A program made the translations under genes and the position numbers. Under the pieces are notes generated by a model. The model saw only the letters and a list, made by a program, of their open reading frames with translations, was not told the DNA's origin and did no database searches. DNA of 64,000 nt, from positions 372,001-436,000 of the forward strand of contig JBEUKZ010000064.1 in assembly GCA_048128005.1 (NCBI GenBank). The letters are read 5' to 3'. Positions 1 to 11,675 of this stretch are shown one piece after another. The DNA comes from Veleropilina oligotropha (lineage: Eukaryota). Every line of letters begins with the position of its first letter. Position 1 is the stretch's first letter.

Positions 1-129
1 AAGTGGGTTATCATCAGAAGTGGGTTATCATCAGAGGTGGGTCATCACCAGAGGTGGGTCATCATCAGAGGTGGGTCATCATCAGAAGTGGGTTATCATC
101 AGAGGTGGGTCATCATCAGAGGTGGGTTC
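1..129. repeat. 17-bp minisatellite (ARGTGGGTYATCATCAG), about 7.5 copies, runs off the window start
   Basis: Direct tandem copies. The last partial unit runs into GGGTTCTAATAC, the degenerate B-box of the SINE that hosts satellite 1. Confidence 0.9.
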
Positions 130-3100
130 TAATACTCGACTGGGCACTTTGTTCAATTAACGGTCGCCGCTGTCCATACCTGGCCGATGACGTCGGGTCA
201 TTAACGGTCGCCGCTGTCCATACCTGGCCGATGACGTCGGGTCATTAACGGTCGCCGCTGTCCATACCTGGCCGATGACGTCGGGTCATTAACAGTCGCC
301 GCTGTCTATAACTGGCCGATGACGTCGGGTCATTAACGGTCGCCGCTGTCCATACCTGGCCGATGACGTCGGGTCATTAACGGTCGCCGCTGTCCATACC
401 TGGCCGATGACGTCGGGTCATTAACGGTCGCAGCTGTCCATAACTGGCCGATGACGTCGGGTCATTAACGGTCGCCGCTGTCCATACCTGGCCGATGACG
501 TCGGGTCATTAACAGTCGCCGCTGTCTATAACTGGCCGATGACGTCGGGTCATTAACAGTCGCCGCTGTCCATAACTGGCCGATGACGTCGGGTCATTAA
601 CAGTCGCCGCTGTCCATAACTGGCCGATGACGTCGGGACATTAACGGTCGCAGCTGTCCATAACTGGCCGATGATGTCGGGTCATTAACGGTCGCAGCTG
701 TCCATACCTGGCCGATGACGTCGGGACATTAACGGTCGCAGCTGTCCATAACTGGCCGATGACGTCGGGTCATTAACGGTTGTAGCTGTCCATACCTGGC
801 CGATGACGTCGGGTCATTAACGGTCGCAGCTGTCCATACCTGGCCGATGACGTCGGGTCATTAACGGTCGCAGCTGTCCATAACTGGCCGATGACGTCGG
901 GTCATTAACTGTCGCAGCTGTCCATAACTGGCCGATGACGTCGGGTCATTAACGGTCGCCGCTGTCCATAACTGGCCGATGACGTCGGGTCATTAACGGT
1001 CGCAGCTGTCCATACCTGGCCGATGACGTCGGGTCATTAACTGTCGCAGCTGTCCATAACTGGCCGATGACGTCGGGTCATAAACAGTCGCCGCTGTCCA
1101 TACCTGGCCGATGACGTCGGGTCATTAACGGTCGCAGCTGTCCATAACTGGCCGATGACGTCGGGACATTAACGGTCGCAGCTGTCCATAACTGGCCGAT
1201 GACGTCGGGTCATTAACGGTCGCCGCTGTCCATAACTGGCCGATGACGTCGGGTCATTAACGGTCGCAGCTGTCCATAACTGGCCGATGACGTCGGGACA
1301 TTAATGGTCGCAGCTGTCCATACCTGGCCGATGACGTCGGGTCATTAACGGTCGCAGCTGTCCATTACTGGCCGATGACGTCGAGTCATTAACGGTCGCA
1401 GCTGTCCATAACTGGCCGATGACGTCGGGACATTAACAGTCGCCGCTGTCCATACCTGGCCGATGACGTTGGGTCATTAATGGTCACAGCTGTCCATAAC
1501 TGGCCGATGACGTCGGGTCATTAACAGTCGCCGCTGTCCATTCCTGGCCGATGACGTCGGGACATTAACGGTCGCAGCTGTCCATAACTGGCCGATGACG
1601 TCGGGACATTAACGGTCGCAGCTGTCCATAACTGGCCGATGACGTCGGGTCATTAACGGTCGCCGCTGTCCATAACTGGCCGATGACGTCGGGACATTAA
1701 CGGTCGCAGCTGTCCATACCTGGCCGATGACGTCGGGTCATTAACAGTCGCCGCTGTCCATAACTGGCCGATGACGTCGGGTCATTAATGGTCGCCGCTG
1801 TCCATACCTGGCCGATGACGTCGGGTCATTAACAGTCGCCGCTGTCCATAACTGGCCGATGACGTCGGGACATTAACGGTCACAGCTGTCCATACCTGGC
1901 CGATGACGTCGGGTCATTAACGGTCGCCGCTGTCCATAACTGGCCGATGACGTCGGGTCATTAACGGTCGCAGCTGTCCATAACTGGCCGATGACGTCGG
2001 GTCATTAACGGTCGCAGCTGTCCATAACTGGCCGATGACGTCGGGACATTAACGGTCGCAGCTGTCCATACCTGGCCGATGACGTCGGGTCATAAACAGT
2101 CGCCGCTGTCCATACCTGGCCGATGACGTCGGGTCATTAACGGTCGCAGCTGTCCATAACTGGCCGATGACGTCGGGTCATTAACGGTCGCAGCTGTCCA
2201 TACCTGGCCGATGACGTCGGGTCATTAACGGTCGCAGCTGTCCATAACTGGCCGATGACGTCGGGTCATTAACGGTCGCAGCTGTCCATAACTGGCCGAT
2301 GACGTCGGGTCATTAACGGTCGCAGCTGTCCATAACTGGCCGATGACGTCCGGTCATTAACGGTCGCAGCTGTCCATAACTGGCCGATGACGTCGGGTCA
2401 TTAACGGTCGCAGCTGTCCATAACTGGCCGATGACGTCGGGTCATTAACGGTCGCAGCTGTCCATAACTGGCCGATGACGTCGGGTCATTAACGGTCGCA
2501 GCTGTCCATACCTGGCCGATGACGTCGGGACATTAACGGTCGCAGCTGTCCATAACTGGCCGATGACGTCGGGACATTAACGGTCGCAGCTGTCCATAAC
2601 TGGCCGATGACGTCGGGACATTAACGGTCGCAGCTGTCCATAACTGGCCGATGACGTCGGGTCATTAACGGTCGCAGCTGTCCATACCTGGCCGATGACG
2701 TCGGGACATTAACGGTCGCAGCTGTCCATACCTGGCCGATGACGTCGGGTCATAAACAGTCGCCGCTGTCCATACCTGGCCGATGACGTCGGGTCATAAA
2801 CAGTCGCCGCTGTCCATAACTGGCCGATGACGTCGGGTCATAAACAGTCGCCGCTGTCCATACCTGGCCGATGACGTCGGGTCATTAACGGTCGCCGCTG
2901 TCCATACCTGGCCGATGACGTCGGGTCATTAACGGTCGCAGCTGTCCATACCTGGCCGATGACGTCGGGTCATTAACGGTCGCAGCTGTCCATTACTGGC
3001 CGATGACGTCGAGTCATTAACGGTCGCAGCTGTCCATAACTGGCCGATGACGTCGGGACATTAACAGTCGCCGCTGTCCATACCTGGCCGATGACGTTGG

Positions 3101-6100
3101 GTCATTAATGGTCACAGCTGTCCATAACTGGCCGATGACGTCGGGTCATTAACAGTCGCCGCTGTCCATTCCTGGCCGATGACGTCGGGACATTAACGGT
3201 CGCAGCTGTCCATAACTGGCCGATGATGTCGGGACATTAACGGTCGCAGCTGTCCATAACTGGCCGATGACGTCGGGTCATTAACGGTCGCCGCTGTCCA
3301 TAACTGGCCGATGACGTCGGGACATTACCGGTCGCAGCTGTCCATACCTGGCCGATGACGTCGGGTCATTAACAGTCGCCGCTGTCCATAACTGGCCAAT
3401 GACGTCGGGTCATTAACGGTCGCCGCTGTCCATACCTGGCCGATGACGTCGGGTCATTAACAGTCGCCGCTGTCCATAACTGGCCGATGACGTCGGGACA
3501 TTAACGGTCACAGCTGTCCATACCTGGCCGATGACGTCGGGTCATTAACGGTCGCCGCTGTCCATAACTGGCCGATGACGTCGGGTCATTAACGGTCGCA
3601 GCTGTCCATAACTGGCCGATGACGTCGGGTCATTAACGGTCGCAGCTGTCCATAACTGGCCGATGACGTCGGGTCATTAACGGTCGCAGCTGTCCATAAC
3701 TGGCCGATGACGTCGGGTCATTAACGGTCGCAGCTGTCCATAACTGGCCGATGACGTCGGGTCACTAACGGTCGCAGCTGTCCATACCTGGCCGATGACG
3801 TCGGGTCATTAACGGTCGCAGCTGTCCATAACTGGCCGATGACGTCGGGACATTAACGGTCGCAGCTGTCCATACCTGGCCGATGACGTCGGGTCATTAA
3901 CGGTCGCAGCTGTCCATAACTGGCCGATGACGTCGGGACATTAACGGTCGCAGCTGTCCATAACTGGCCGATGACGTCGGGACATTAACGGTCGCAGCTG
4001 TCCATAACTGGCCGATGACGTCGGGTCATAAACAGTCGCCGCTGTCCATACCTGGCCGATGACGTCGGGTCATAAACAGTCGCCGCTGTCCATAACTGGC
4101 CGATGACGTCGGGTCATAAACAGTCGCCGCTGTCCATACCTGGCCGATGACGTCGGGTCATTAACGGTCGCCGCTGTCCATACCTGGCCGATGACGTCGG
4201 GTCATTAACGGTCGCAGCTGTCCATACCTGGCCGATGACGTCGGGTCATTAACGGTCGCAGCTGTCCATACCTGGCCGATGACGTCGGGACATTAACGGT
4301 CGCAGCTGTCCATACCTGGCCGATGACGTCGGGTCATTAACGGTCGCAGCTGTCCATACCTGGCCGATGACGTCGGGTCATTAACGGTCGCCGCTGTCCA
4401 TACCTGGCCGATGACGTCGGGTCATTAACGGTCGCAGCTGTCCATAACTGGCCGATGACGTCGGGTCATAAACAGTCGCCGCTGTCCATACCTGGCCGAT
4501 GACGTCGGGTCATAAACAGTCGCCGCTGTCCATACCTGGCCGATGACGTCGGGTCATAAACAGTCGCCGCTGTCCATACCTGGCCGATGACGTCGGGTCA
4601 TTAACGGTCGCAGCTGTCCATACCTGGCCGATGACGTCGGGTCATTAACGGTCGCAGCTGTCCATACCTGGCCGATGACGTCGGGTCATTAACGGTCGCC
4701 GCTGTCCATAACTGGCCGATGACGTCGGGTCATTAACAGTCGCCGCTGTCCATTCCTGGCCGATGACGTCGGGACATTAACGGTCGCAGCTGTCCATAAC
4801 TGGCCGATGACGTCGGGTCATTAACGGTCGCAGCTGTCCATAACTGGCCGATGACGTCGGGTCATTAACGGTCGCAGCTGTCCATACCTGGCCGATGACG
4901 TCGGGACATTAACGGTCACAGCTGTCCATACCTGGCCGATGACGTCGGGTCATTAACGGTCGCAGCTGTCCATAACTGGCCGATGACGTCGAGTCATTAA
5001 CGGTCGCAGCTGTCCATAACTGGCCGATGACGTCGGGACATTAACGGTCGCAGCTGTCCATAACTGGCCGATGACGTCGGGACATTAACGGTCGCAGCTG
5101 TCCATACCTGGCCGATGACGTCGGGTCATTAACGGTCGCAGCTGTCCATACCTGGCCGATGACGTCGGGACATTAACGGTCGCAGCTGTCCATAACTGGC
5201 CGATGACGTCGGGACATTAACGGTCGCAGCTGTCCATACCTGGCCGATGACGTCGGGTCATTAACGGTCGCAGCTGTCCATAACTGGCCGATGACGTCGG
5301 GTCATTAACGGTCGCAGCTGTCCATACCTGGCCGATGACGTCGGGACATTAACGGTCACAGCTGTCCATAACTGGCCGATGACGTCGGGTCATTAACGGT
5401 CGCAGCTGTCCATACCTGGCCGATGACGTCGGGACATTAACGGTCGCAGCTGTCCATAACTGGCCGATGACGTCGGGACATTAACGGTCGCAGCTGTCCA
5501 TACCTGGCCGATGACGTCGGGACATTAACGGTCGCAGCTGTCCATACCTGGCCGATGACGTCGGGTCATTAACGGTCGCAGCTGTCCATAACTGGCCGAT
5601 GACGTCGGGACATTAACGGTCGCAGCTGTCCATAACTGGCCGATGACGTCGGGACATTAACGGTCGCAGCTGTCCATACCTGGCCGATGACGTCGGGTCA
5701 TTAACGGTCGCAGCTGTCCATACCTGGCCGATGACGTCGGGTCATTAACGGTCGCCGCTGTCCATACCTGGCCGATGACGTCGGGTCATTAACGGTCGCA
5801 GCTGTCTATAACTGGCCGATGACGTCGGGTCATAAACAGTCGCCGCTGTCCATACCTGGCCGATGACGTCGGGTCATAAACAGTCGCCGCTGTCCATACC
5901 TGGCCGATGACGTCGGGTCATTAACGGTCGCCGCTGTCCATACCTGGCCGATGACGTCGGGTCATTAACGGTCGCAGCTGTCCATACCTGGCCGATGACG
6001 TCGGGTCATTAACGGTCGCCGCTGTCCATACCTGGCCGATGACGTCGGGTCATTAACGGTCGCAGCTGTCCATACCTGGCCGATGACGTCGGGACATTAA

Positions 6101-7986
6101 CGGTCGCAGCTGTCCATACCTGGCCGATGACGTCGGGACATTAACGGTCGCCGCTGTCCATACCTGGCCGATGACGTCGGGTCATTAACGGTCGCAGCTG
6201 TCCATACCTGGCCGATGACGTCGGGACATTAACGGTCACAGCTGTCCATACCTGGCCGATGACGTCGGGTCATTAACGGTCGCAGCTGTCCATACCTGGC
6301 CGATGACGTCGGGACATTAACGGTCGCAGCTGTCCATAACTGGCCGATGACGTCGGGTCATTAACGGTCACAGCTGTCCATACCTGGCCGATGACGTCGG
6401 GTCATAAACAGTCGCCGCTGTCCATACCTGGCCGATGACGTCGGGTCATTAACGGTCGCCGCTGTCCATACCTGGCCGATGACGTCGGGTCATTAACGGT
6501 CGCAGCTGTCCATAACTGGCCGATGACGTCGGGTCATTAACGGTCGCAGCTGTCCATACCTGGCCGATGACGTCGGGACATTAACGGTCGCAGCTGTCCA
6601 TACCTGGCCGATGACGTCGGGTCATAAACAGTCACCGCTGTCCATACCTGGCCGATGACGTCGGGTCATTAACGGTCGCAGCTGTCCATAACTGGCCGAT
6701 GACGTCGGGTCATTAACGGTCGCAGCTGTCCATACCTGGCCGATGACGTCGGGACATTAACGGTCGCAGCTGTCCATAACTGGCCGATGACGTCGGGTCA
6801 TTAACGGTCGCAGCTGTCCATACCTGGCCGATGACGTCGGGACATTAACGGTCGCAGCTGTCCATAACTGGCCGATGACGTCGGGTCATTAACGGTCACA
6901 GCTGTCCATACCTGGCCGATGACGTCGGGTCATAAACAGTCGCCGCTGTCCATACCTGGCCGATGACGTCGGGTCATTAACGGTCGCCGCTGTCCATACC
7001 TGGCCGATGACGTCGGGTCATTAACGGTCGCAGCTGTCCATAACTGGCCGATGACGTCGGGTCATTAACGGTCGCAGCTGTCCATACCTGGCCGATGACG
7101 TCGGGACATTAACGGTCGCAGCTGTCCATACCTGGCCGATGACGTCGGGTCATAAACAGTCGCCGCTGTCCATACCTGGCCGATGACGTCGGGTCATTAA
7201 CGGTCGCAGCTGTCCATACCTGGCCGATGACGTCGGGTCATTAACGGTCGCAGCTGTCCATACCTGGCCGATGACGTCGGGACATTAACGGTCGCCGCTG
7301 TCCATACCTGGCCGATGACGTCGGGTCATTAACGGTCGCAGCTGTCCATACCTGGCCGATGACGTCGGGTCATTAACGGTCGCAGCTGTCCATACCTGGC
7401 CGATGACGTCGGGTCATTAACGGTCGCAGCTGTCCATAACTGGCCGATGACGTCGGGTCATTAACGGTCGCAGCTGTCCATACCTGGCCGATGACGTCGG
7501 GTCATTAACGGTCGCAGCTGTCCATAACTGGCCGATGACGTCGGGTCATTAACGGTCGCAGCTGTCCATACCTGGCCGATGACGTCGGGTCATTAACGGT
7601 CGCAGCTGTCCATACCTGGCCGATGACGTCGGGACATTAACGGTCGCAGCTGTCCATAACTGGCCGATGACGTCGGGTCATTAACGGTCGCAGCTGTCCA
7701 TAACTGGCCGATGACGTTGGGGCATTAACGGTCGCAGCTGTCCATAACTGGCCGATGACGTCGGGTCATTAACGGTCGCAGCTGTCCATAACTGGCCGAT
7801 GACGTCGGGTCATTAACGGTCGCAGCTGTCCATAACTGGCCGATGACGTCGGGTCATTAACGGTCGCAGCTGTCCATAACTGGCCGATGACGTCGGGACA
7901 TTAACGGTCGCAGCTGTCCATAACTGGCCGATGACGTCGGGACATTAACAGTTTTCCATAGCGACTGGATTTTCTCCCGTGATAAA
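121..7986 (+). mobile_element. SINE-A (variant A2) copy split by the 44-bp satellite
   Basis: The left arm 121-160 GTGGGTTCTAATACTCGACTGGGCACTTTGTTCAATT matches SINE-A GTGGGTTCGAATCTCGG..GGCACTATTTGTTCAATT (11539-11583). The right arm 7951-7985 GTTTTCCATAGCGACTGGATTTTCTCCCGTGATAA matches SINE-A GTTTACCTGGCGACTGGGCTTTCCTCCCACGATAA (reverse complement of the 9035-9193 copy). Confidence 0.75.
157..7944. repeat. Satellite 1: 44-bp tandem array, 177 copies; consensus TTAACGGTCGCAGCTGTCCATA(A/C)CTGGCCGATGACGTCGGG(T/A)CA
   Basis: The period is 44, and 7788 bp/44 = 177 exactly. Variation is essentially substitutions at a few recurrent sites. Confidence 0.98.
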
Positions 7987-9034
7987 ATTTGATTCGAGGA
8001 AGAAGATGGCGAAGATGGTTCTTACGTTATTAGCGTTATACTGCAAATCCATCTATATACAGTCGGTTTTAAAATTGAAAATGACGGAGATGACTATCAA
8101 AATCAAGAATGAACGACCTGCACCGCTGTTTGTGTTTCCAAGTAGTGTTCAAGACCAATCAACCGGAAGCACTATATTGGAGGACAATTTCTAACGCAGC
8201 TAAAAAGGATCCAGAGATGTTGTCAGGACAATATATCGGCTACTATATCTGCCAGCTTGATTTACTTTGCTATGTTGACTCATATTAACCTATCATGGCG
8301 CACTGACAATGCACTTAACCCCAGAACCTCAGAGTGTGTTTGGGACTAGTTCACGTAATTTGTATATAAACTGTGTCTGTCACACAGAAGCGGTGTGACA
8401 GAAGCTAATTATTTATTTCTCTTAATTCGATTGGTGAGACATTGTAAACAGGCGCTGTTTCAATTATAAGATGTCAATCAGATAACTATCAATTGATTTT
8501 ATGTTTTAGCACATAACATGGGCTGCTCACCTAGTGAATGCATTTATAAAAAATCGATTTCATTGAGTAATTAATTATGTTACATGAGTTAGTTTATCAC
8601 GTAATTATTTTTATTGCATGAGATTAGCATGACGGTATATTAATTATTTACACCCGGTCTGCTATTTACTTTATTCATTATTGTCTGGTATTTGCCAGCT
8701 ATACACGAGCTTGTGTTCAAAATAAAACATTTAAGTAATAAGCTCATTTAATAAATGAAATTAGCAGACCAAACAGAAACCAGATGCATGAATTTCAGAT
8801 TCTTTCGATAACGTAAAAGTTATAAAATCCGGATATTTAATCTCAAGCTATAATATTGATAAAGTGGGTAGCTTTAATTGAAGTGGAGCGAACATTTAAT
8901 TATGCAAATCAGACATCCTGTACTATTTCATTACAGAATTTTGTAATATAAATTGAACCACTAATTTGTGGATATTTGGTGGACATTTCCGTACACAAAT
9001 ATAATTGTCCTACTTTATTAATTTCCGTCATGTA

Positions 9035-9193
9035 AAGGAAAGGAAAGGATCGATGCTTAATGTCCTGTATATTTCCAACCATCATTTGGTTCAAACCAGG
9101 ACATGTCCGTATTATCGTGGGAGGAAAGCCCAGTCGCCAGGTAAACCCGCCCTCTTCGACCAGTCACGGACAACTGTGATTCATCACTTGAAC
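9035..9193 (-). mobile_element. SINE-A, 5'-truncated copy with 15-bp TSD
   Basis: (CCTTT)n tail on the minus strand. AATTTCCGTCATGTA is duplicated at 9020-9034 and 9194-9208. Confidence 0.9.
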
Positions 9194-10564
9194 AATTTCC
9201 GTCATGTATGTCTTCGGAAATGGCCCTGCCGCAATGGTACGAAGATGATACAATAACACCAAAACAACCAACAAAAAATTTGTAATTTGTACAACGATAT
9301 CACGCTTTTAACAATTCATCTAATTTATAATAAAATTGATAGCATTGACAACAATAGTCACACATCATATTCATTATTGTTCTCCAATCTGGTTTGACAA
9401 CATACCCAGTTATATTTTAATTTAAGAACAGATTTGCATGTCAAAGCAAACACTGCAGACATTCGCAGACTTGTCAAGAAGATCATCTACAATATGCTTC
9501 ACAACTAATGATCGTTTAACACTTGCTATCAATATATCCATGTGTACGTATCATATTATATACTAATATTATATACTAATTGATGACTCTGCAACACAAA
9601 ATAATATCTCAAGAATGATGCAATTAGTAACATGACATTATTGTAACATGATATTTAAGTTAACAATATAGACCGAGGGCAATCCGTCGTGTTCAACAGT
9701 CATGATATATTGGAAGTGCAATCCCATCAGCGTTCAACCAATCGATGTGATTGAGACATGACGCTGCTGATATATCATCCGGCGTTATCTGTTATCTAAA
9801 CAGGGCGGATTACTAGCGCATTGGGAGAGTAAAACTCGTTGAATCATGACATGTCATTAAAGCTGGATTATGCAGCCGTGTTTATCTATAATTATCTAAT
9901 GATGACCAGTTAATGTACTTTGTAATTTGTTACTGAGCCATAAAATTTCCTTGTCGGATCTGGCGCGTGCCATTACATTAATTGCTCGATTTGGGGGGCG
10001 TGCACTTGTGTCTAAGGCGGACGGGCGAACGAGTTGTACGGATGCCGCTTATCCGGGGAAGCATTTCACCAAGAAAGGTGCATTAAGTACATTTGACACA
10101 AAGACGGTAGAAAAATAGCTTTATATATAATACAAAATATGGTATATAATTATATTTTTCATGTGAACAATAAGCGCGAAACCCTAACACCGTATACTTA
10201 GTACGATAGCGGACAATGAGCCACCTCTCCATGACTTGCGTTAGAGTCCGGGTCCCACCGCAGCACAACAGTACTGATTCGACGATTGCTGTGATGAACC
10301 CCACCTTCATAACTTTGGACATATCATAGTGTGATTTCCATGCGCTGTCCATCTTGTTCAATATTATCCATGCAAGCACTTTCTTGATCTTGATATCAGC
10401 ATCCGTGGATTTTACTCATGACCCAAGTAGGCCTATTTGAAGGCGACAACCTCACTCGGTGCATCCGTCGCAACACTTCTCAGTGGACCATGAATGCTCT
10501 GGTGTATTGCATGTTATTACTTCAGTCATTTTAGATTTCAAACCGAGCCCCTCCTTGTTATTCT

Positions 10565-10809
10565 GAAAGGAAAGGAAAGGATCGATACTTGATGTCCTGT
10601 ATATTTTCAGCCATTAGGTTCAAAGCAGGATGTGTCCATATTATCGCGGGAGGACAGCCCTGTTGCCAGGGGAAACTAGCCCTCTCCGACCAGTTACGGA
10701 CAACTGTGGTTCATAACTGGAACAAATAGTGTTATGTCCAAAGCGAGATTCGAACCCTGTTAGCGTCAGTGGAATCAAGCCAGTGATTTTTCGGAGTCTG
10801 CAACCACAC
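10565..10809 (-). mobile_element. SINE-A copy inserted in the LINE
   Basis: GGTTCGAATC B-box on the minus strand, shared body, (CCTTT)n tail. Confidence 0.88.
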
Positions 10810-11464
10810 TAAGATTGGGCTAATTAAGAGAATGATGTCCAAATAAGTAAGTGTGACACGAGGAACTCTTCTGAATCTTCTTGGTGTGATTGTGAATCGT
10901 AGCTCTGTCTCCAACTCACTTGTGGCTCCCTTTTTGCATAGTCAAGTACGATAATGGAGAGAAATTGCACTCCTTGTCGCACCCCGGACCTGATATCAAA
11001 TTCCTGCGATTCCCCATCTTATTTTAACAACACTGGTCTGTGTTGGTGTACCCACTATCTATGGCACGGAGGAGCGGGTTTAGTGGATATACTATTGGCC
11101 TGCGAGTTTTTAATCATTTTGCTGCTGTGGGTGGAATCGGATGCTTTCTTGAAGTCAATAAACGTTAGAACCGCGGGTATAGGTTATTCTTCTTTACGTC
11201 TTCAATGACGTGTTGAGGGGTCATGATTTGAACTACGGTTGTTCGTTTTAGTCTGAAGTCATTCTGATCAACTTTCAGCTTGGGATCTATGACACGTATA
11301 CTCCTGGTCCGATTCCCGATGATAAGCGTTAGGGTGATGCCTTTGCCTTGGACATGTTTTCCTCCTTAGTGATTGGACTAACAGGAATGTCATCTTGACC
11401 TGAACTTTTGCCTCGTTTAATTCAAAGTTGGCTTTGCCGTGGTATATTCCTCTTCTGTGAATAT

Positions 11465-11675
11465 GGCCGTTTTACAGTTGTGTGGTTTCGGTTGCAAACT
11501 CTAAAATCATTGGCTTGATTCCGCTGACACGAATTGTAGTGGGTTCGAATCTCGGTTGGGAAATTGGCACTATTTGTTCAATTATGAATCACAGTTGTCC
11601 GTATATGGTCGGATAGGCAGGGTTTCCCCCAGCGACCATGCTCTCCTTCCGTGACAATATGGCCATATCCTGCTG
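11465..11675 (+). mobile_element. SINE-A copy (3'-truncated) inserted in the LINE
   Basis: GGCCG 5' end, GGGTTCGAATCTC B-box, CACAGTTGTCCGTA body. Confidence 0.88.

Noticed and set aside
3..248. 81-aa ORF
   Set aside because: It is a translation of the 17-bp and 44-bp repeats.
157..7944. CRISPR-like array
   Set aside because: The units are contiguous with no unique spacers, there are no cas genes, and the context is eukaryotic. The same applies to 23188-29452.
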